A DNA stretch of 64,000 nt from Candidatus Caldarchaeum sp. (GCA_038885755.1 JAVZZH010000001.1:160001-224000); one strand, 5' to 3'; positions 45,495 to 55,615 are shown, numbered from the stretch's first letter. The notes: a model not told the origin generated them from the letters alone. Numbers and translations: made by a program.

Positions 45495-46423
45495 GGCCCG
45501 TGTTGAGCGAGGACCTCAGGGCGTTCTTGACGGAGTTCGCTCCAGAAAACTTCGAACAGATCGTCGAGACGTATTCCAAACCTCTGCCTGAAACCTTCCG
45601 TGTCAACACGCTAAAAACCTCCGTCGAAGAATGCTTGGACCTACTGGCCGAGGAGGGTGTTAACGCCAAGCCTGTCGAATGGCTGGAGAACGGGTTTTAC
45701 GCCGAGCCGCCGGGGGTTTTGACGACATCGATATGGCACATGCTTGGCTTGGTCTACATGCAGGGCCCTGTCTCGATGCTGGTCGCTGAGGTTTTAGACG
45801 TGAGGCCGGGGGACAGGGTTCTAGACCTGTGCGCAGCACCCGGAAGCAAGTCCACCTACATAGCCCAGAGACTTCAAGGAAGGGGAGTTGTGGTAGCCAA
45901 CGACGTTTCGAGCACACGGATCAAGGCTTTAACGTCCAACCTTCAACGCTGCGGCGTGGTAAACTGTGTCGTGACACTTGCCGACGGTAGGTGGCTTGGA
46001 AGACGCATGGAAAACCACTTCGACAAAGTTCTCGTAGACGCGCCCTGCAGCTCGCTCGGCGTCGGCTCAAGGCACTGGAAGGTTTTGAGGACTTGGAGCC
46101 CGAGGTACTCGGCCCGGATCAGCCGTCTCCAGCTAAGCCTCTTACTCTCAGGGTTCATGGCTTTGAAGCCCGGGGGAACGCTGGTCTACGCAACATGCAC
46201 CTACCACCCGTTCGAGAATGAGGCCGTTGTTTCGGAGCTGCTGGAAAGGCGTGAGGACGCTGAGGTGTTGAGCATCAGCCTAAGAGGCCTCAGCCACAGC
46301 AAAGGAGTTGCCAAATGGCGGGATCACGTGTACAGCCAAGAGGTTGAGAAGACTGTAAGGGTCTATCCTCACCAGTCGGGCGCAGAAGGCTTCTACATAG
46401 CTAAGCTCATGAAGAAGAAATGA
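45491..46423 (+). CDS. RsmB/NOP2 RNA m5C methyltransferase
   Basis: FRVNTLK, VLDLCAAPGSKS, FDKVLVDAPCS, LVYATCT...ENE, GFYIAK. Confidence 0.95.
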   Translation: MRPVLSEDLRAFLTEFAPENFEQIVETYSKPLPETFRVNTLKTSVEECLDLLAEEGVNAKPVEWLENGFYAEPPGVLTTSIWHMLGLVYMQGPVSMLVAEVLDVRPGDRVLDLCAAPGSKSTYIAQRLQGRGVVVANDVSSTRIKALTSNLQRCGVVNCVVTLADGRWLGRRMENHFDKVLVDAPCSSLGVGSRHWKVLRTWSPRYSARISRLQLSLLLSGFMALKPGGTLVYATCTYHPFENEAVVSELLERREDAEVLSISLRGLSHSKGVAKWRDHVYSQEVEKTVRVYPHQSGAEGFYIAKLMKKK

Positions 46424-46869
46424 GGCTGAGCATAGACCGCAGGAAGGAATTCGCCGAGTCTGTGAGGAAGCATCTAGGAGCCGTGCTGGCGACTGAGGAG
46501 CTGGTCCTGCTGGAGGCAGGTGAGGGCAAGTTTAGAGCCACCACAACCGAGGCGCTGGAAACAGCTTCCATGATGAAGGGGGTTCAGCTTGTAGGGCTGT
46601 ACGTAGGCAAGAAGAGGGGGGAGCTTACGACCCTCACTATCGAAGGCTGCATGCTGATAGCTGAGATAGATGCGAGGTACGTCGTCGAACTTACTAAGGA
46701 GCAGGCGCTCGTGTGGATGAAGGGCGGGCCTGTCAAGGTGGATGCGCAGAGCCGAGCCGTTATCGGAAAGTACAAAAGATTCTACCTCGGCACAGCCTTG
46801 GTCGACAGGCTCGGAAACGCCTACCCGCAGATACCCCTGTGGCGAAGAATACCGCCCGCAGTCGAGTGA
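46420..46869 (+). CDS. NIP7/RsmF-C-terminal-like (PUA-related) partner protein
   Basis: GLYVG...LTIEG..L...VEL..EQA..WM.G; ATGA overlap with the methyltransferase. Confidence 0.6.
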   Translation: MRLSIDRRKEFAESVRKHLGAVLATEELVLLEAGEGKFRATTTEALETASMMKGVQLVGLYVGKKRGELTTLTIEGCMLIAEIDARYVVELTKEQALVWMKGGPVKVDAQSRAVIGKYKRFYLGTALVDRLGNAYPQIPLWRRIPPAVE

Positions 46870-49071
46870 TCATCTGACAGAAAGCTTGAGGGGCAAGTAT
46901 CTGCTGACGTGGTATAAGGCGTAGCCCGCCACGTTTTCAACCTCTGAAAACTCGTTGACCTCTGTCTGGAGCTGTATGGCGGGAGTCATCCAACCCTCAG
47001 CTATGTCCATGGCGTGCACTGTGAAAAGGACTTTATTGCTGGAGGTTTTGGCGACGACTTCGTGAAGCATTTTTTTGTAGTTTGCGACGGTGTGATTCCC
47101 CGTGAGAGGGTCTTTGATCGACTTGATGAAGGGATTCGTCACCACAACCAAGTAGTCAACCATCGTGTATAGATCGTTGCCCGCGTTGACATAGCTGTTT
47201 GGGTTTTTGGCGGACATGGGGTCGTATTCCAGAAAAACCTCAAGACCTTGTGCTTGCGAGAGTCTTCTAAGATGGCTGAGGTATATGTTGATGCCTTCAA
47301 CCACTTTGTCGCTGCTCCAGTCAGCCCCCGTGAGGTAGATGCCTTCAAACCCCATCGAAACAGCGGAGGAAACAGTTTTCTCGGCGAAGACTTCGGCGAA
47401 GTCAGCTCTGCATGCGAAATCTATGTCTCCAGACTTGTCGACGCATTCTGGAAAGTCTCTCATTAGTTTCGACGAGTTAAACCCATGGTAGCCGTAGTGG
47501 ACGGAGGTGTATCTTGACTTCAGGTAGACGCCTAGCAGAGGACGGACGCCTGCAGCCTTGACAGCATCCACCAGCTTCCTGATGTCTCGTTGACTCCACT
47601 CGTTGTTGGAGAGCTTGAACCTAAAGCTCTTGGAGTAGTCGCCTCCGTAAAGAACGCCGTCGGGACCTATCGGAAAAACCACATGGGTTAGCTTGAACTT
47701 TTCCACTAAAAACTCGGCGCTGTATTCGTCGACTTTGTCGAACAGAGACTCGACCCCCTCCGAAACCCCTACTCTAAGCCTAGCTGGCGGTAGTGTAATC
47801 CCATGCACGGTAGGTAGAAGCCCGACCACAAGAGACAATATAATGATTAGGGATATGAAAGTCATCCGCTGTAAAGTCCAGACGGTTTTGCTTTTTCCCC
47901 GCAGATGGTTGACATAGATGGTGATGAACCTGCTTCCACCCAGCAGCCCGGAGAATATCAGCAGAGCTCCTCCCAGCGTAAGCGACTCAACCTCCCTAGC
48001 GACGACTATCCTTCCGATGTTCCTCAAGTCGAAGATGGCTAGTATGGCTTGTGCTGACGCGATGAACAGAAGGCCGGCTAGAATAAGCAAAGCTGTATTT
48101 ACATAGAGTTCCCTCGACCCTCGCTGTAGCACGCACAGCAGAAGCAGGGGAAGGACCCATAACACGTACTGCACGTTTACTTTCGCTGAAGTCGCCAAGA
48201 ATGCGAGCAGGGTTGCTGTCCATAGGTCGAACAGGCCAGAGCTCCGCCTAAGGCCTTGTTTCATCGAGTAGTATAGGAGTATTGCAAAGAACCCGTAAGA
48301 TATTACTGGAATGGCGGGCGGGGGAGACACAACCGATAGGACAGTCCAGTAGCTGAAACTTCCGATGTTTCCAAAATGGTAGAGGAGCTTGTCAATTAGG
48401 GGCAGAGGGTTGTTCAGGAAAGGCGACGCCGGAAGTATAAACCCTGTCGCCGCTGCTCCGAAAAAGGCCAACGTCTTTCGCGTCGGAGTGTTTTGCATGA
48501 AACGCATGTGCACGATCGACGGTACGACCAACAGTAGGGGGAAGATCTTGACTGCGCCTCCGAGGCCCAGCAAGAAACCAGCCACGTGGGTTCTGCCGCG
48601 CAGCATCATGAGGAGGCTGTAGAGGCTCAACGCAACTGCAACCGCGTCGAACATTCCCCAGACAGAGGATATGGCTATGACGAGGGGGTTGAACAGCCAA
48701 AGCAGAGCAGCCTTCCCAGCATGCCTTACTAAGCCGAGCTCTCCAGCGATCTTCGATATCAGCACTGCGACCACCAAGTCAGCCGCTACTATCGGAGCCT
48801 TCAGGATCAAAACCTGCACGTTCAGGCTGCTGAGCAAGGGCGAAGCTAGGCTGACCAGGCTAACCCAGTAAAGCCATACAGGAGGGTAAGTGTAAAACCC
48901 CCACGGAAAATCCGTCAGACTCTTGACCTCGTACACGTTGATGCCCCTCGAGAAGAGCTCGCCACTCTGAACCCAGACGTAAACATCCCATGAATGCCCT
49001 GTGAAGGGTGCTAAAACCAGCCTGATGGATGCTGCCGCTAAGTAGAGGAGCACCATCTTGGCTGAAGACAT
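46870..49071 (-). CDS. GT-C (PIG-M/GT87-like) glycosyltransferase fused to a C-terminal soluble glycoside-hydrolase-like domain
   Basis: GHSWD, YTYPP, KAPIVAADL, WLFNP, WGMFD, VKIFP, VQY..W; a ~300-aa hydrophilic alpha/beta domain follows the last TM helix. Confidence 0.75.
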   Translation of the reverse strand: MSSAKMVLLYLAAASIRLVLAPFTGHSWDVYVWVQSGELFSRGINVYEVKSLTDFPWGFYTYPPVWLYWVSLVSLASPLLSSLNVQVLILKAPIVAADLVVAVLISKIAGELGLVRHAGKAALLWLFNPLVIAISSVWGMFDAVAVALSLYSLLMMLRGRTHVAGFLLGLGGAVKIFPLLLVVPSIVHMRFMQNTPTRKTLAFFGAAATGFILPASPFLNNPLPLIDKLLYHFGNIGSFSYWTVLSVVSPPPAIPVISYGFFAILLYYSMKQGLRRSSGLFDLWTATLLAFLATSAKVNVQYVLWVLPLLLLCVLQRGSRELYVNTALLILAGLLFIASAQAILAIFDLRNIGRIVVAREVESLTLGGALLIFSGLLGGSRFITIYVNHLRGKSKTVWTLQRMTFISLIIILSLVVGLLPTVHGITLPPARLRVGVSEGVESLFDKVDEYSAEFLVEKFKLTHVVFPIGPDGVLYGGDYSKSFRFKLSNNEWSQRDIRKLVDAVKAAGVRPLLGVYLKSRYTSVHYGYHGFNSSKLMRDFPECVDKSGDIDFACRADFAEVFAEKTVSSAVSMGFEGIYLTGADWSSDKVVEGINIYLSHLRRLSQAQGLEVFLEYDPMSAKNPNSYVNAGNDLYTMVDYLVVVTNPFIKSIKDPLTGNHTVANYKKMLHEVVAKTSSNKVLFTVHAMDIAEGWMTPAIQLQTEVNEFSEVENVAGYALYHVSRYLPLKLSVR

Positions 49072-49113
49072 ATCTATTTTTACAGCTTCAAATTCTATTT
49101 AAGTGATTTCAGC

Positions 49114-49998
49114 ATGGATGTCGGCGGTGAGCTGGGTTTTCTTCTCCGGCAGCGAGAGACGTTCCTAGGCGTTGAGACGAGGCTCGAAGAATCTAGTTAT
49201 TTTTTCTTCGGCTTCCCCTTTGATTTGACGAGCTCGTTCAGGCTTGGTTCACGGCACGGCCCCGAGGCTGTGAGAAGGTTCAGCGCAAACCTTGAGGTAA
49301 ACAGCTGGGTCAAACCTTTCGACGCAACGGCGGCCAAGGTGTTTGACGGTGGCGACATAGCCTTCGACAACAGGCTGTCGACCATGCTGAAGCGTGTCTA
49401 CCGTGTTGTGAGGAAGACGGTGGAGCTCGGGAAGACGCCTGTGATGGTTGGTGGCGAGCATACGGGGACTCTGCCCGCCACCTTGGCCCTCGGAAACAGG
49501 GCGTCGGCCATCGTTGTGCTAGACGCGCACTTCGACCTGAGAGAGGAGTACGGAGGTCTTAGAGTAAACCACGCTACTTACCTGCGGAGGCTGTTGGAGA
49601 AGAGGCCTGAAATGAAAACTGTTCTGCTGGGGGTTAGGGGATACGACCTAGCTGAGGAGAAGTTCGCTCGGGAGAGGAGCATCGTCTACGTCAAGGCCTC
49701 TGAAGTATGCGACGTCTCGAGGACATTTAGGCTTTTGAGGGATTGTTTGAAGGGGCGAGATGTTTACGTTTCAGTCGACGTCGACGTGCTCGACCCCTCG
49801 TATGCACCGGGAGTAGGAAACCCGGAGCCGGGAGGCTTGACAGTAAGCGAGGTTGTGGAGCTGGTTCACTATCTCGGAGGCTTTAGGCTGGTTGGGTTCG
49901 ACTTGATGGAGGTCAACCCGGTTTACGACAACGGCCTAACGGCTGCAGCCGCCACACGGATACTCGTAGAGCTCCTCGCCTGCAAGGCGGAAAGCTAA
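49114..49998 (+). CDS. speB: Agmatinase (ureohydrolase family)
   Basis: GSRHGP, GGEH, DAHFDL, SVDVDVLDP..APG..NPEPGG, FDLMEVNP. Confidence 0.92.
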   Translation: MDVGGELGFLLRQRETFLGVETRLEESSYFFFGFPFDLTSSFRLGSRHGPEAVRRFSANLEVNSWVKPFDATAAKVFDGGDIAFDNRLSTMLKRVYRVVRKTVELGKTPVMVGGEHTGTLPATLALGNRASAIVVLDAHFDLREEYGGLRVNHATYLRRLLEKRPEMKTVLLGVRGYDLAEEKFARERSIVYVKASEVCDVSRTFRLLRDCLKGRDVYVSVDVDVLDPSYAPGVGNPEPGGLTVSEVVELVHYLGGFRLVGFDLMEVNPVYDNGLTAAAATRILVELLACKAES

Positions 49999-50028
49999 AA
50001 AGCCATCACAAGAGGTGTTAGGCTGGAG

Positions 50029-52497
50029 ATGACGAAGTATTTTCTGCTGGGAGTCGGCTACGACGGCCAGGAGAGGAAAGCCTTTCTCAAGCTTTTGGAC
50101 GTGGAGAGCGGAAGGACCGTGGTCAAGCTGGACACGACGGGTCATAAGCCTTACTGCTTGAGCGACCTTCCTGCTGAACAGCTCTCCAAAGACCCGCAGC
50201 TGAAGGAGGCTGGAGCCGTTGAGTTTGTGGAGGTTGAGAAATACAACAGCCTGTCGGACAGAAGCGTCGTGATGACCATGATAAAGGCTTCAGACCCTTT
50301 AGCAGTCGGCGGCTCCAAGAAATCTATCAGGGAGAGGCTCAAGTGCTGGGAGGCCGACATCCCGTACCATCTTAACTACGTCTACGACACTAGGCTCATA
50401 CCGAGCCTCGTGTATGAGCTGGACAACGGCAGCCTAACCCCTGTGTTGGGCGACGATGAAAAAGTAAACCAGATACTTGCAAGGTTTTTCCACGACGCTT
50501 CGCCTGAAGAGCTTGAGGAGACGAGGAAATGGCTGAAGATCCTCGAGTCCGAGCATCCCGTCATAGACTTCGTGGCCCTCGACATAGAGATCATCGGCGA
50601 GTCACCGACCCGTGTACCATCCCCCTCCAACCCCGAGGACAGAGTAGTCGCTGTCTCTCTTTCGGGAACGAGAAACATGAGCAAAGTCCTCGTCCTCAGG
50701 AGGAACGACGTTGACATGAAGTTTGAAGGCGGCGAATATGCTCTCGAGGTTTTCGACGACGAGGCTCAGCTGCTGCTGAGATGTTTCGAGATACTCGAGG
50801 AATACCCCGTCGTAGCCACTTTCAACGGGGACGATTTCGACCTGCCCTATTTGAGGAACCGTGCCGAGAAACTCGGAATACCGCGCAGCAAAATCCCCAT
50901 CAGCATAGGAAGGGACGGCGCCACCCTCCGGAAGGGAATACATCTAGACTTGTACCGCTTCTTCAACAACAAATCCGTCCAAGTCTATGCCTTCGACAAC
51001 AGGTACCGCGAGCATACTCTGGACGGGGTGGCCAAGGCTCTTCTCGGGGTTGGGAAGGTGCAGGTTGAGAAGCCGTTGGGGGAGCTGAGGATTCAGGAGC
51101 TTGCCGAGTACAGCTACAGGGATTCCCGTCTGTTGAGAGACTTGGTGGAGTCCGGCGACCGGCTGCTGCTTAGGCTGATGGCTGTGATCTCACGCATAAG
51201 CAGAATGCCTCTGGAAGATGTCTGCAGGCATGGAGTAAGCGGCTGGATAAAGAACCTGCTCTACTGGGAGCTGAGAGGTTTGAACTGGCTGATTCCCTTG
51301 AAAGAGGACCTCGCCTCTAAAGGAGGGACGAGCACCAAGGCGATCATCGAGGGGAAAAAATATAGAGGAGGGTTGGTGGTTGAACCGATCCCGGGAGTCC
51401 ACTTCAGCGTCACCGTTCTTGACTTCGCCTCGCTGTACCCCAGCATCCTCAAGGAGTACAACCTCAGCTTCGAGACTATAAACTGCAGCCATAAAGAGTG
51501 TAGGAGCAACAGCATACCCGAGACAAGCCACTGGGTTTGTTTGAGGAAACGAGGCCTGCAGAGCAGCATCATCGGCGTGATAAGGGACATCCGTGTTAAG
51601 TGGTACAAGCCGATGGCCTCCGACAAGACAATCACCTCTGTCCAGAGAAGCTGGTACGAAGTTGTGCAGAGAGCTTTGAAGGTTTTCCTGAACGCTAGCT
51701 ACGGGGTTCTGGGCTTTGAAGAGTTTCCGCTTTACTGTCCTCCGCTGGCGGAGAGCACGACTGCGATAGGGAGGTATGTTTTCCAGTCAGCTGTCGAGAA
51801 AGCTAAATCCCTCAACGTCCATGTAGTTTACGGTGACACCGACTCCATTTTCCTTAAGACGACTGAGCCCGAGCAGATAAGCCAGCTGATTAAATGGGCT
51901 GCCGAGAAGTTCAAACTATCCCTCGAGTTCGACAAGGTCTACAGGTACGTTGTTTTCAGCAGGCGTAAGAAGAACTATCTAGGCGTAACTGATAGGGGAG
52001 TAGTTGACGTCAAAGGGTTGACGGGGAAGAAGAGGAACATACCTGTCTTCATCAAAGAGGCCTTCGACGACATGCTGAGGCAGTTGGCTGAGGTCAAGAC
52101 CGAGGAAGACCTTGAGAGGGTCAAGCGGAGGATACGTGAGGTCATAGCGACGTGGTACTCGAGGCTCAAGAACCGAACGTTCGAGATCGACCAGCTTGCT
52201 TTCAGGGTGATGATGTCCAAGACAATCGAACGATACGAGAAGACCACTCCTCAGCACGTCAAGGCAGCTAAGAAGCTGCAGAGCTTGGGCGTGAAAGTTG
52301 GGCCTGGAGACATAATAAGCTACGTCAAGACAAGGGATAAGGATGGTGTCACGCCTCTGCAGCTGGCTAGGAAGGAGGCTGTGGACGTCGACAAATACAT
52401 CGAGTACATGAGGTCAACGTTCGAGCAGGTTCTTGACCCGCTTGAAATCGATTTCGACGGAGTGGTTGGGCTGACGAGCTTGGAGAGCTTTATGTAG
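50029..52497 (+). CDS. polB: Family B DNA polymerase (PolB1 type)
   Basis: Exonuclease DIE and FNGDDFDLPYL; KYRGG; DFASLYPS; K..LNASYG; YGDTDS; KKNY. Confidence 0.96.
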   Translation: MTKYFLLGVGYDGQERKAFLKLLDVESGRTVVKLDTTGHKPYCLSDLPAEQLSKDPQLKEAGAVEFVEVEKYNSLSDRSVVMTMIKASDPLAVGGSKKSIRERLKCWEADIPYHLNYVYDTRLIPSLVYELDNGSLTPVLGDDEKVNQILARFFHDASPEELEETRKWLKILESEHPVIDFVALDIEIIGESPTRVPSPSNPEDRVVAVSLSGTRNMSKVLVLRRNDVDMKFEGGEYALEVFDDEAQLLLRCFEILEEYPVVATFNGDDFDLPYLRNRAEKLGIPRSKIPISIGRDGATLRKGIHLDLYRFFNNKSVQVYAFDNRYREHTLDGVAKALLGVGKVQVEKPLGELRIQELAEYSYRDSRLLRDLVESGDRLLLRLMAVISRISRMPLEDVCRHGVSGWIKNLLYWELRGLNWLIPLKEDLASKGGTSTKAIIEGKKYRGGLVVEPIPGVHFSVTVLDFASLYPSILKEYNLSFETINCSHKECRSNSIPETSHWVCLRKRGLQSSIIGVIRDIRVKWYKPMASDKTITSVQRSWYEVVQRALKVFLNASYGVLGFEEFPLYCPPLAESTTAIGRYVFQSAVEKAKSLNVHVVYGDTDSIFLKTTEPEQISQLIKWAAEKFKLSLEFDKVYRYVVFSRRKKNYLGVTDRGVVDVKGLTGKKRNIPVFIKEAFDDMLRQLAEVKTEEDLERVKRRIREVIATWYSRLKNRTFEIDQLAFRVMMSKTIERYEKTTPQHVKAAKKLQSLGVKVGPGDIISYVKTRDKDGVTPLQLARKEAVDVDKYIEYMRSTFEQVLDPLEIDFDGVVGLTSLESFM

Positions 52498-52498
52498 G

Positions 52499-53725
52499 TC
52501 AGCGGTCGGCCTCGACCGGCCAGTAGTTGAGCGACCAGTATATGGGCGGTATGTTGGCTATCTGCTCTCCCCTGAGCAGGTGCTTCATCACGGGAAGCAG
52601 CCTGAACGACGGTGGGCTTATCTTGACTCTGTAAGGCTTGTCGCCTCCCTCGCTCCTGACGTAGTACATCATCTCACCCCTAGCCGCCTCGGTCCTGGCC
52701 ACCGCCTCCCCGGCAGGAACCCTGATGTTTATGGGATGCTGCTTGACCTTGACAGGGCCGTCCGGCATCATCTCGACCGCTTGGCTGATTATCTTGGTGC
52801 TTTCACGCATCTCCCTGAACCCGACAACAGCTCTGTCGTAACAATCTCCCTTAGACCCTACAGGCACTTCGAACCTCAGCTGAGGATAGGCGTCGTACGG
52901 GTTGTTCACCCTGTTGTCATACTTGACTCCCGAAGCTCTCAGCGTCGTGCCCACCGCACCCAAGCGGACAGCGTCAGCAGGGCTGAGAACCCCTACGTCT
53001 CGAGTCCTGCTTATGAACAGCTCGTTGTTGAAGAACATGTCCCAGTAGTCGTCCAGCCTGCTGTCGAAGAACTCGCAGACGGCCAAAACATACTTCCGAA
53101 AGTCCTCGACGTCGTGGCCTAGTTCTCTACCGGTAGCCATCCTGTAGTAGCGTGAAAACTCCTTGACCAAGGCGGATGGAACCTTTTTGGGAGCGTCGTT
53201 CCGAACTCCTCCAGGCTCGAAGAATGCGTGCGTAATCCGCTGCCCGCCTATGAGAGACGTAAGGTCGACCAAGTATTCACGGTCGCCGAAGCACCACAGG
53301 AACATGGTGGAATGGCCGAGGAAGACTCCGTAGAGGGCAAACCAGTAGAGATGGCTTGCTATGCGCTGGAGCTCAGCCATTATCACTCGGAGGAACTTCG
53401 CCCTCTCAGGCGGCTCGACACCCATGAGCTTCTCAACAGCCAAAACATACGGGTACTGTATGCCTGCTGAGTCAAGGATCACAGGCCTCTCAAGGTGAGG
53501 TATGTTCGTTATCCATGTCTTGTACTCTGCGAGCTTCTCCTCCCCGCGGTGGACGAAGCCGGGGTCGGGGTCGGCCTCTACCACTGTATCCCCTGAAACT
53601 GTTACGATGAGCCTGAAGTGTCCCGTCCCCGGATGCTGGGGCCCGTAGCTCACCTTCAGAGCAGCCTCTCCAACGTCGTAGAACTCCAGCGTTTTGACCT
53701 TCTCCTTCTCCTCTATCACAGTCAT
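52499..53725 (-). CDS. nuoD: NADH:quinone oxidoreductase-like subunit D
   Basis: GPQHP, GFVHRGEEKLAE, ELQRIASHL, GGV, RASGV..D, GDCYDR, EAARGE, C-terminal EADR; no Ni-binding CxxC. Confidence 0.93.
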   Translation of the reverse strand: MTVIEEKEKVKTLEFYDVGEAALKVSYGPQHPGTGHFRLIVTVSGDTVVEADPDPGFVHRGEEKLAEYKTWITNIPHLERPVILDSAGIQYPYVLAVEKLMGVEPPERAKFLRVIMAELQRIASHLYWFALYGVFLGHSTMFLWCFGDREYLVDLTSLIGGQRITHAFFEPGGVRNDAPKKVPSALVKEFSRYYRMATGRELGHDVEDFRKYVLAVCEFFDSRLDDYWDMFFNNELFISRTRDVGVLSPADAVRLGAVGTTLRASGVKYDNRVNNPYDAYPQLRFEVPVGSKGDCYDRAVVGFREMRESTKIISQAVEMMPDGPVKVKQHPINIRVPAGEAVARTEAARGEMMYYVRSEGGDKPYRVKISPPSFRLLPVMKHLLRGEQIANIPPIYWSLNYWPVEADR

Positions 53726-53731
53726 TCACAA

Positions 53732-54211
53732 TCACCTGCCTGGAGCCTCATACTCCTTCAGCATCGGAGGGATGTCGCTCCAGTACTCGGGAAGAAGAAG
53801 CCTCCTCAAGTCTGGATGACCTTCGAAGACAACGCCAAACATCTCGTAAACCTCTCTCTCGTGGTAGCCGCAGCTAGGCCATACCTCGCTCAACGACGTC
53901 ATCCTGGGCGCTGATTTGTCCAGCTTGACCGACAGAGCCAGGTCCGAGGCATGGAGCTCCGGGCGACTGTAGGAACCCAAGTGGTAGATTACCTCTATCT
54001 TGTTCTCCTTCTTAAGGAGTCTGCTCAAGTCGACGCCAGTCACAGCCTTCACGTGGTCGAACCCAAGGTTGTCCCGAAGGTACAGGGCTATGGATTTGAC
54101 CACGGAGGCGTCGACGACTATCTTGACGAGCTTCTTCTCGTCTACGGTTTTTTCCAGAACGCTTGACCCGAACTTTTCGCCGACTGCTTGAACCAGCGTC
54201 TGCAGAGACAT
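53732..54211 (-). CDS. nuoC: NADH:quinone oxidoreductase-like subunit C
   Basis: GFDH...TGVD, EREVYEMFGV.FEGHPDLRRLLLP. Confidence 0.93.
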   Translation of the reverse strand: MSLQTLVQAVGEKFGSSVLEKTVDEKKLVKIVVDASVVKSIALYLRDNLGFDHVKAVTGVDLSRLLKKENKIEVIYHLGSYSRPELHASDLALSVKLDKSAPRMTSLSEVWPSCGYHEREVYEMFGVVFEGHPDLRRLLLPEYWSDIPPMLKEYEAPGR

Positions 54212-54867
54212 CAACCCCACCTACTGTATAGTATTTTTTCACGCAGCAGCAGAATTCCCTGGAATAAGGTTTCAGGCCTTGGGGGGCATCCGGGCACGTA
54301 GACGTCGACGGGGAGTATGTCGTCTATGCCTTGAATAACGTTGTAAGAGTCCTTGGCGTACAGGCCTCCGCTTATCGCGCAGGCCCCCATGGCTATTACC
54401 CACTTGGGGTCCGGCATCTGGTCGTAGACGAGCCTGAGCCTCATAGCCATCTTGGAGGACACGGTTCCTTCAACGACGAGCACGTCGGACTGTCTCAGGC
54501 TTCCAGTAGCAGGAAGCCATCCGAACCTCTCCGGGTCGTAGCGGGGTGAGTGGGTGGCTGCGAACTCGACGGAGCAGCACGCCGTCGTGATGTGCGCGGG
54601 GAAGAGGGAAGCCATCCGCCCCCAGTTGAGGAGATAACGGATGAGCCTGAAGTTCCTGAACCTGTACAGGAAATAGTTCACACCGTTCTGGTCCTCCGCC
54701 CTGTGAACCTTGTCGACCCCGTACTTCGACACCGTTTCGTCGACCTGCTTTGACGGAACCTCCGACTCCTCAACCATTCTAACAATGGTGTCTGAGTCGA
54801 CGTGCCTGTAGCCGAACATACCTGTCTTGACGTATCCTGGGAAAAGCGTTCTCGGGGAAGGCCACAT
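54211..54867 (-). CDS. nuoB: NADH:quinone oxidoreductase-like subunit B
   Basis: TACCSVE, RYDPERFG, RQSD, PKWVIAMGAC, VPGCPPRPE. Confidence 0.95.
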   Translation of the reverse strand: MWPSPRTLFPGYVKTGMFGYRHVDSDTIVRMVEESEVPSKQVDETVSKYGVDKVHRAEDQNGVNYFLYRFRNFRLIRYLLNWGRMASLFPAHITTACCSVEFAATHSPRYDPERFGWLPATGSLRQSDVLVVEGTVSSKMAMRLRLVYDQMPDPKWVIAMGACAISGGLYAKDSYNVIQGIDDILPVDVYVPGCPPRPETLFQGILLLREKILYSRWG

Positions 54868-54909
54868 GCTTGTTTAGGTTTGTGCCGGGTCATTTTTAAA
54901 CATATGTGA

Positions 54910-55584
54910 TCAACCGTAGTAAAACCATTCTGTCCTACCTCTTGCTTTGAAGGGCAGGGACAAGACCAGCCCCGCTAAGAAACCACCCACGTGGGCGGTG
55001 TATGCGATCGTGCTGAAGGGAGTGGTCAGCATGAAGAGTGTTTGGATGAGTATGAAGCCGATTATGACGGCGAACGCCGGTGCGACGATGGGGAAGAACC
55101 AGAGGAATGCATAGAGACGTCTATGGGGGAAGAAAACCAAGTAGCTGCCCATTATTCCAAAGATGGCTCCGGACGCTCCTATCGAAGGAATCAAGCAGGC
55201 TGCTGGTATCGGCCTGATGGCTGGCGAGCATTCGAGTGAGAGGAAGGTGGCGAAGTAAAATATGTGGAATAAAGCCGCCGCCACACCGCTCACCATGTAG
55301 ACGAAGAGAAACTTGGCGCTCCCCAAATAAGACTCCACATCCCTGCCGAAAAGAAATAGGCTGTACATGTTCAGCAGTATGTGGAAGAAATCGATGTGGA
55401 CAAACATGTAGGTAATGAGCGAGAAGATGTTGAGGCCGTTGAGGATGAATATAGGGACCGTGCCGAAGGTGTAAAGGAAGGATGTTAGCTGGTTTTGATT
55501 GGTGATGAACAAGTTGACCGAGGCCCAGACAACTGTGTTGATGGCTATCAGGACATACGTCAGCCTCGGCCGTGCCTCATACAT
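54910..55584 (-). CDS. Rhomboid intramembrane serine protease
   Basis: H....HILLNM, GASGAIFG, AHVGG. Confidence 0.93.
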   Translation of the reverse strand: MYEARPRLTYVLIAINTVVWASVNLFITNQNQLTSFLYTFGTVPIFILNGLNIFSLITYMFVHIDFFHILLNMYSLFLFGRDVESYLGSAKFLFVYMVSGVAAALFHIFYFATFLSLECSPAIRPIPAACLIPSIGASGAIFGIMGSYLVFFPHRRLYAFLWFFPIVAPAFAVIIGFILIQTLFMLTTPFSTIAYTAHVGGFLAGLVLSLPFKARGRTEWFYYG

Positions 55585-55615
55585 GATGCTACGTCTCGAA
55601 TGGTTCTTGATAAGT

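Noticed and set aside
52499-53725. Group 4 [NiFe]-hydrogenase large subunit
   Set aside because: Both Ni-binding CxxC motifs are absent; it is NuoD-like.
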